A stretch of 16,505 nucleotides of DNA from a virus. The stretch lies in the IMG/VR virus record IMGVR_UViG_3300045988_177740; one strand, given 5' to 3'. The translations under genes were made by a program, and so were the position numbers. Within the stretch, counting starts at the first letter, position 1, and every line of letters begins with the position of its first letter. Below the pieces are notes generated by a model, which had not been told where the DNA came from, did no database searches, and worked only from the letters and a program-made list of their open reading frames with translations. Positions 12,202 through 16,505 of this stretch are shown in pieces.

Positions 12202-14361
12202 CTATTCCGGTATCACTCCGTCTTGAGAGTTTACCAACACTTCATAGTATTCATTTGATACTCCTAAGGTATAAGTGGTATCAATAATTCCGATGTTACT
12301 AGCAGTTAAAATTTCTTCCCCGTTTACTTTGATGTAATGTGGTTTCGAGTTGTTGAAACAACTGATCGTACGTCCGACATTTTCCATCCGGCGGCAGAGC
12401 CGGAAATTATTACAGCATTTCAAGTTTTCCGCTCCTAGTTTTTTATTCATACCCGCAACCGTAGATGTAAAACGTACGGGATCTTTGCCAGATTTCGCCG
12501 CTTTTTTATCCCATTCAACGCCGCAATATTTTTTCGCGCCAAGGGTTTTAAATTGGATATACAGAGCATCCATATCCCATACGCCGAGAATGTATCGTTT
12601 TTCGCCTACATCGCAAAACGCAGGAATATCGTTTTCAATCGCACGTTTGGAAAGTAATTTGTTTTTGTCTTCAAATTCTGGTATATGTTCTTCCGGATGT
12701 AAAAATTTGATGCTATCCGTGTCGCAGTAAACAACATCCATTCCAACAACGTCCAGCATATCTTGTAGTTGTTTTCTCGCGTGGGCAGTAACGTAGATTC
12801 CCCACTGATAGTGCAAAAAGCTATTCTTACTTTCATAATACGTGTTCAGTGCTTTTTCCGCATCTGCTTTTTCCCGCGTCCATTCTCCCGTGGTTTGGTT
12901 CATCACCCATTCGTCCTGTAAAAGATCAGTAACACACATACCGAATGTACTGTTTAATTTATTCTTAGATTTCATGTACTCATAGACTTTATCGGGGTTT
13001 CCTTTTAAACGGCTTTTTGCTATAAAAAATGACATCATGGTTTCCCGCATACTGTCCGGTAACTTTCCACGCGCGGCTACGTAGCACTCAGACACGGTAA
13101 AAAAGTCGTATTCATACTGGTTTCTTATGATTTCCAAGTCAATCTCTGTCATGGCGATCTCGCAACAATCTATAGAGAGTACTCGTCCATTATCAATCAC
13201 ATACTCTTTTCCGTGCTTCTGACACTTTGAAAGAGGGATATATGGAACCGGAATGTTTTCTTTAATATGCAAATTATCAAATTGTACCCGCATGATAACG
13301 CAACGACTGCCACATAAGTTATCAAATTGATCTTGAGATGTAATCTCTACAGCCCTAAACGCACTCATGGGATAGTAACCCATTGCTATCTGCGCGGGGT
13401 AGCTGCTGGAAATATCCATGCTTCCCATTACGATTGCGTTTTCCCTTTTTTTCGCGGTGATCGTGTGTCCCGCGTGGATGCGGTTGGCGTGCGTGTTGCC
13501 GCCGCGGAACGCATCTTTGCAAAGACGGTATTGAGACAACGTTAGCGCAAGGTCAGTAAAAACATCGGGATAATAGTTTTTATCCGCTTGCATGGCACGG
13601 CGGAACTCGCGGCGGACGTAGCCAGTTGAAGTAAGGGGGATTTCCGCAAGGTTGTCCTCTTTACGCGCGGCACGGATGCATTCACATAAACCGCGAACAT
13701 CGTTATAGCAGTAACCTTGCTCACTTTCCATAAGTGGTGTGGTTGGTGTACGTAGTTTTTTGTAGTCATACGTATCAACCAATTTATAATGGATTACACC
13801 ATCACTGTTCTCACAGAATTTTGACAGCGACATATTGCTTAAAAAGTAAGAACACCGGAACTCGATACCGTACTTATAAGCGTAACATTTCATCACTTTA
13901 TGTGCGTCACGTGCGAATATTTCATCAAATTCAATGAAATCTTTCATAAATTGAAATTCATACGACAAGTTATGAACGTATACTACAGCACGTTTCGTAT
14001 CGGAAGTTTTCAAATACAGATGCAGTTTTTCGCAAAACGACAAAAACTCGTTCCATGTGCGGCCAAAACACACGGTGTCTTTCATACAAAACTGCCAGTG
14101 ATACAGAAAGGCGGTTCCTTTTACTACTTTTTCACCCGTTTTATTATAGCGTTCATAGTCCAATTTTTCCAACGTGGTTGTTTCAATATCAAACGCCATT
14201 TCCACGTCATAATAAACGATAGGATTTTTCTTTCTTCCACGCTTGCGGCATTCGCGCGCAGTCTGGAAAGATGAAAACGGAAAATCGTCAACGCTATAAA
14301 TTGTTTCACGTGAAACATTCTCTTTTCCGTCTTGCATAACAGGGACTTGTAATTCGTACAT
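12202..14361 (-). CDS. Family-B DNA polymerase of the protein-primed (phi29 gp2) type
   Basis: 719 aa. Exonuclease motifs: Exo I FDIETTT, Exo II VHNLSYEFQF, Exo III YCYNDV. Polymerase motifs: pre-motif A FRGGNTH, motif A MDISSSYPAQ, motif B KNKLNSTFGM, motif C VYCDTDSIKF, and KxY as GAKKY. An AGGTGA ribosome-binding site sits 5 nt upstream of the ATG. Confidence 0.97.
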   Translation of the reverse strand: MYELQVPVMQDGKENVSRETIYSVDDFPFSSFQTARECRKRGRKKNPIVYYDVEMAFDIETTTLEKLDYERYNKTGEKVVKGTAFLYHWQFCMKDTVCFGRTWNEFLSFCEKLHLYLKTSDTKRAVVYVHNLSYEFQFMKDFIEFDEIFARDAHKVMKCYAYKYGIEFRCSYFLSNMSLSKFCENSDGVIHYKLVDTYDYKKLRTPTTPLMESEQGYCYNDVRGLCECIRAARKEDNLAEIPLTSTGYVRREFRRAMQADKNYYPDVFTDLALTLSQYRLCKDAFRGGNTHANRIHAGHTITAKKRENAIVMGSMDISSSYPAQIAMGYYPMSAFRAVEITSQDQFDNLCGSRCVIMRVQFDNLHIKENIPVPYIPLSKCQKHGKEYVIDNGRVLSIDCCEIAMTEIDLEIIRNQYEYDFFTVSECYVAARGKLPDSMRETMMSFFIAKSRLKGNPDKVYEYMKSKNKLNSTFGMCVTDLLQDEWVMNQTTGEWTREKADAEKALNTYYESKNSFLHYQWGIYVTAHARKQLQDMLDVVGMDVVYCDTDSIKFLHPEEHIPEFEDKNKLLSKRAIENDIPAFCDVGEKRYILGVWDMDALYIQFKTLGAKKYCGVEWDKKAAKSGKDPVRFTSTVAGMNKKLGAENLKCCNNFRLCRRMENVGRTISCFNNSKPHYIKVNGEEILTASNIGIIDTTYTLGVSNEYYEVLVNSQDGVIPE
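14302..14317. promoter_or_regulatory. Second copy of the 16-bp palindrome TGTTTCACGTGAAACA, inside codons 15-20 of the polymerase ORF
   Basis: Read directly from the sequence. The 20-nt block 14300-14319 is identical to 10892-10911. Confidence 0.4.
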
Positions 14362-14369
14362 TTTTTCAC

Positions 14370-14945
14370 CTACTTCAATTTTAGTCTAGTTTCTGCAAAA
14401 AGTTCTTCTTCTGTAATATAACCGTCCAGATACTCTTTATACTCCTCCATAATATCTTCGTAATCATAAGTATTATCACTCATTTTCAAAAAAAAATCAT
14501 CAATGATCTGATTAGAATCTAACTCTCTTCTCAGACTCTTCTTATATAAGTTGGACGTCAAAAAACGATACAATTCCTTGTAATTGCTTTCGTCAACGTC
14601 CGCAACAATTTTTCCAGACTTGTCAAAACGCCGTTGCAATTCAGCTATTCTGTACCCCTCCAACGTTGTTTCTGGTGAGTTCAAAAACGCAACCATCATA
14701 TCCCACTCCTGCCGGAGAGATGCATCCGATCGTTTTACTCCTTTCAAGAAACGGTTTTTTTCACGCCCTTGCGCCGCAAAAAATTCTTTTACGCGTCCGT
14801 ACTCCCATTGGTCACGGGCGTGAATTTTTTCCAGTTTGGCAAGGCGGCTATTTGCCGCCTGCGCCACTTTAGGTAATTCGCGTTTGATCTGCTCTAAACT
14901 AAGGTCGAGTTCTTGATAGATGGAATAATCTTTTGATGCTGGCAT
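14370..14945 (-). CDS. Putative terminal protein (replication primer)
   Basis: 191 aa when counted from the ATG at 14945, which forms a TAATG overlap with the upstream gene and follows GGGGGTG by 6 nt. The track's GTG start at 14954 is less likely. The gene lies immediately upstream of the polymerase and is translationally linked to it, as in phi29 (gene 3 then gene 2). The protein is charged and looks helical. The call rests on position only. Confidence 0.5.
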   Translation of the reverse strand: MPASKDYSIYQELDLSLEQIKRELPKVAQAANSRLAKLEKIHARDQWEYGRVKEFFAAQGREKNRFLKGVKRSDASLRQEWDMMVAFLNSPETTLEGYRIAELQRRFDKSGKIVADVDESNYKELYRFLTSNLYKKSLRRELDSNQIIDDFFLKMSDNTYDYEDIMEEYKEYLDGYITEEELFAETRLKLK

Positions 14946-15175
14946 TATTCGCACCCCCTAATAAATATTCGTAAGCTACCGTTGACAATTTCAAACCCTG
15001 TTGCTTCTTCTGACAAGTAATTTTCACGTTTGACAGGATAGATTTTTGCACAAACCATGTCAAATGATGCTACTAATACATAGTATTCTTCGTTAAACAC
15101 ACTAACACTTGCATAAATTTCAACTCTAATGCAGGCAAAACCTTTATACATACGGACAAAATCTTTTACTCTCAT
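14945..15175 (-). CDS. Hypothetical early protein (76 aa)
   Basis: The ATG at 15175 follows AAGGAGG by 6 nt. The longer track ORF (to 15259) overlaps the upstream gene and has no ribosome-binding site. Confidence 0.6.
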   Translation of the reverse strand: MRVKDFVRMYKGFACIRVEIYASVSVFNEEYYVLVASFDMVCAKIYPVKRENYLSEEATGFEIVNGSLRIFIRGCE

Positions 15176-15185
15176 AATTACCTCC

Positions 15186-15536
15186 TTAATAATAACACTG
15201 TTCTTCTGAGCCTGTTTTTGAATATAATGGACACATGGTACAATTATCATTCGCGGCACACACCTCTTTATGCGGTATTTCGATGTAATATGCTTTCAAC
15301 GCATATCGGGTAGAAAGTTTATTATGCAAGTTTACAGTATAACCCCTACCGAAATTACCTTGATATGGTATTGGTTTACAGAAAGTATTCTTCTTAACGT
15401 ATCCATTTGTTAAAGACGCGTGGTCATACGCGTAAATATGGATATTGCCGTCAATATCTTCCTGTTTTATATATAATGGAATATCTTCCATTTTCGCTGG
15501 TAAGGTATACAGTTTCTCTAAATCTAAATACTTCAT
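15186..15536 (-). CDS. Hypothetical early protein (116 aa) with a C-terminal Cys cluster
   Basis: The upstream sequence AGAAAGGAAATTGCT-ATG supplies the ribosome-binding site. The C-terminus reads CAANDNCTMCPLYSKTGSEEQC, which may bind metal. Confidence 0.65.
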   Translation of the reverse strand: MKYLDLEKLYTLPAKMEDIPLYIKQEDIDGNIHIYAYDHASLTNGYVKKNTFCKPIPYQGNFGRGYTVNLHNKLSTRYALKAYYIEIPHKEVCAANDNCTMCPLYSKTGSEEQCYY

Positions 15537-15580
15537 AGCAATTTCCTTTCTGCCCGTTTACGCCGATAGCACAGCAAATA
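15537..15580 (-). promoter_or_regulatory. Conserved 5'-UTR module, copy B (paralogue of 15772-15815)
   Basis: The minus strand reads TTGCTGTGCTATCGGCGTAAACGGGCAGAAAGGAAATTGCT-ATG. Copy A reads ATGCTGTCCTATCGGCATTACGGGGAGAAAGAGAGATTACA-ATG. The core TGCTGT(C/G)CTATCGGC matches at 15 of 16 positions and sits at the same distance from each ATG. Confidence 0.35.
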
Positions 15581-15582
15581 TA

Positions 15583-15771
15583 TTACTTAAAGCTATAAAG
15601 TGGTGATTCCTTATACACCTCTCTGTACAAGTCATCAAAAGCAACCCATCTTGTTAGTGCTTTCTGTGCTTGCATACTCGATTGCCCATAATAGTTTTCC
15701 ATTACTTTAAGAATTTCCCACGAAGAATTGCATCTTTCATTTAATAAGGTTTTCATTTCTTCTACTGTCAT
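15583..15771 (-). CDS. Hypothetical early protein (62 aa)
   Basis: The upstream sequence GGGGAGAAAGAGAGATTACA-ATG supplies the ribosome-binding site. No motif was recognised. Confidence 0.6.
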   Translation of the reverse strand: MTVEEMKTLLNERCNSSWEILKVMENYYGQSSMQAQKALTRWVAFDDLYREVYKESPLYSFK

Positions 15772-15815
15772 TGTAATCTCTCTTTCTCCCCGTAATGCCG
15801 ATAGGACAGCATTTC
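15772..15815 (-). promoter_or_regulatory. Conserved 5'-UTR module, copy A
   Basis: See copy B (15537-15580) for the alignment. It lies upstream of the 62-aa gene. Confidence 0.35.
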
Positions 15816-15820
15816 CCTAA

Positions 15821-15958
15821 TTACCCGAAAAATCTTTCGAGTAATTTCACATCATTTTCAAATAAAACCACATTCAGCAGAGAATGGGTCTTATGCGCAA
15901 CTTTTTCGAGTTCAGAAACTCTTTTTTCTAGCTTCTTTATAAATACTGTAATATTCAT
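15821..15958 (-). CDS. Candidate 45-aa early ORF, absent from the ORF track
   Basis: My translation is MNITVFIKKLEKRVSELEKVAHKTHSLLNVVLFENDVKLLERFFG. It has no well-placed ribosome-binding site. Its ATG overlaps the stop of a 4-codon mini-ORF (ATGCAAAAAAAATGA) that does have AAGGA about 9 nt upstream. Confidence 0.25.
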   Translation of the reverse strand: MNITVFIKKLEKRVSELEKVAHKTHSLLNVVLFENDVKLLERFFG

Positions 15959-15995
15959 TTTTTTTGCATTATTGGTTTTCCTTGTTTCTGATATT

Positions 15996-16023
15996 ACAAT
16001 ACCACTTTCTGGAAATATGTCAA
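15996..16023 (-). promoter_or_regulatory. Early sigma-A-type promoter at the inner edge of the right ITR
   Basis: On the minus strand: TTGACA (16023-16018), a 16-nt spacer, then TATTGT (16001-15996) preceded by TGg. Its architecture closely matches the promoter at 12036-12064 (TTGACA ... TG-n-TATT(A/G)TAAT). Confidence 0.55.
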
Positions 16024-16027
16024 TACT

Positions 16028-16049
16028 TTTCTAGAAAAATTTCTAGAAA
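16028..16049. promoter_or_regulatory. Two TTTCTAGAAA palindromes just upstream of the early promoter -35 box
   Basis: Copies at 16028-16037 and 16040-16049, 12 nt apart start to start. The nearer copy lies 5 nt upstream of the -35 box. Confidence 0.3.
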
Positions 16050-16284
16050 ATTTATTCCATTTAATATTACACACATATTCATTCTGCCCATTGTCCGCCA
16101 CCCACGGACACTTTAGCAGACTAAAGTGAGTCCCCTTTTCGGAAGTGTCCGCGACCCGCGGACAAACTGGCGGTTTCGCCCACTTTTCGGGCAAAATGAG
16201 TTAATAAAACAAAAGAATTGTGTGTGGATCGGGAGGAAAACGTGAATAATTGTGGAATTGTATAGACAATTAGACGAGACTAAC

Positions 16285-16313
16285 ACTTTAGTCGGGTAAA
16301 GCGTTTTTGTCAA
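16285..16313 (-). promoter_or_regulatory. Mirror copy of the ITR promoter, reading inward in the same direction as all genes
   Basis: On the minus strand: TTGACA (16313-16308), a 17-nt spacer, then TAAAGT (16290-16285). Confidence 0.4.
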
Positions 16314-16394
16314 GTTGGTAAAATGCATAAAAATTTCGGGCATATGTGTTGTAATAAGTATTAAAAAGTGAACAAATGCAATGAAATAGTTTGC

Positions 16395-16432
16395 AAAAGC
16401 GGTGTCTTTCCCTGGCGGACACCGCTTTTTTT
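16395..16432 (+). terminator. Mirror copy of the ITR terminator hairpin
   Basis: Same hairpin as 74-111. Here the U7 orientation is on the plus strand, facing outward. The inward (minus-strand) orientation has only U4. Confidence 0.35.
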
Positions 16433-16505
16433 GTGCAATGTGCTGTCCGCCGTACGCGGACAAAATTGGGAAAATGTCCGCGTGGGACGGACTATATATA
16501 TGTTT

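Larger units (their letters stand above)
16066..16505. repeat. Right inverted terminal repeat (ITR)
   Basis: Reverse complement of 1-440. It is perfect over 16137-16505 and imperfect over 16087-16136. Confidence 0.95.

Noticed and set aside
14124-14369. 81-aa alternative-frame ORF overlapping the polymerase 5' end, containing the same MFHVKQ peptide as the ATPase-leader mini-ORF
   Set aside because: The shared peptide follows automatically from the shared 20-nt palindrome element. The ORF lies wholly within the polymerase gene (another frame, only its start codon beyond the polymerase ATG) and has no start signals of its own.
2549-14872. Plus-strand ORFs of 60-190 aa, for example 3133-3711, 5275-5715, 7995-8477, 8608-9012, 9871-10290, 12350-12730 and 13900-14274
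   Set aside because: Every one is antisense to a well-supported minus-strand gene and lacks a ribosome-binding site. Their translations are Cys/Arg/Phe-rich and low in complexity, as is typical of shadow ORFs.
15795-16034. 79-aa plus-strand ORF in the early leader region
   Set aside because: It has no ribosome-binding site, gives a low-complexity S/F-rich translation, and is antisense to the direction of every supported gene.
1-16505. Possibility that the terminal inverted repeats mark a transposon or IS element
   Set aside because: There is no transposase or integrase. The content is a full virion, replication and lysis gene set with a protein-primed polymerase. ITRs starting in AAA are the expected ends of such a genome.

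Overview
The window looks like a complete linear dsDNA genome of about 16.5 kb from a small phi29-like podophage that replicates by protein priming, probably infecting a low-GC Gram-positive host. The host guess rests on strong AGGAGG-type ribosome-binding sites, a BhlA-like holin, and an endolysin with Amidase_5-like and SH3 domains. The genome is bounded by inverted terminal repeats (ITRs) of about 440 bp: 1-369 is the exact reverse complement of 16137-16505, and the ends start 5'-AAA. All credible genes (about 20) are on the minus strand, so expression runs from the right ITR to the left ITR. In that order the genes are: small orphan early genes; a putative terminal protein; a family-B protein-primed DNA polymerase; an untracked 40-aa hydrophobic mini-ORF; and a separately promoted 77-aa/139-aa pair that ends at a strong terminator. 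Next come a repeat-dense control region, the packaging ATPase, and a consensus promoter followed by a structured RNA of about 80 nt. The rest is one unknown gene, holin, endolysin, tail-associated hydrolase, scaffold, major capsid, tail knob, portal, lower collar and tail fibre. From scaffold to tail fibre the order matches phi29 genes 7-12. The plus-strand ORFs in the track look spurious. The observations most worth a second look are non-coding. (1) The ITRs hold arrays of TGTCCG-N-CGGACA palindromes, an embedded promoter and an outward-facing terminator. (2) A promoter plus structured RNA lies just downstream of the packaging ATPase gene and is a candidate pRNA-like RNA or late leader. (3) An identical 20-nt element containing a perfect 16-bp palindrome occurs twice, once at the ATPase start and once inside the 5' end of the polymerase gene. 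(4) The control region upstream of the ATPase carries direct repeats phased at 11 bp. (5) The tail fibre gene has three near-identical 300-bp in-frame tandem repeats. All functional calls come from motif recognition by eye and from synteny; no database search was run.
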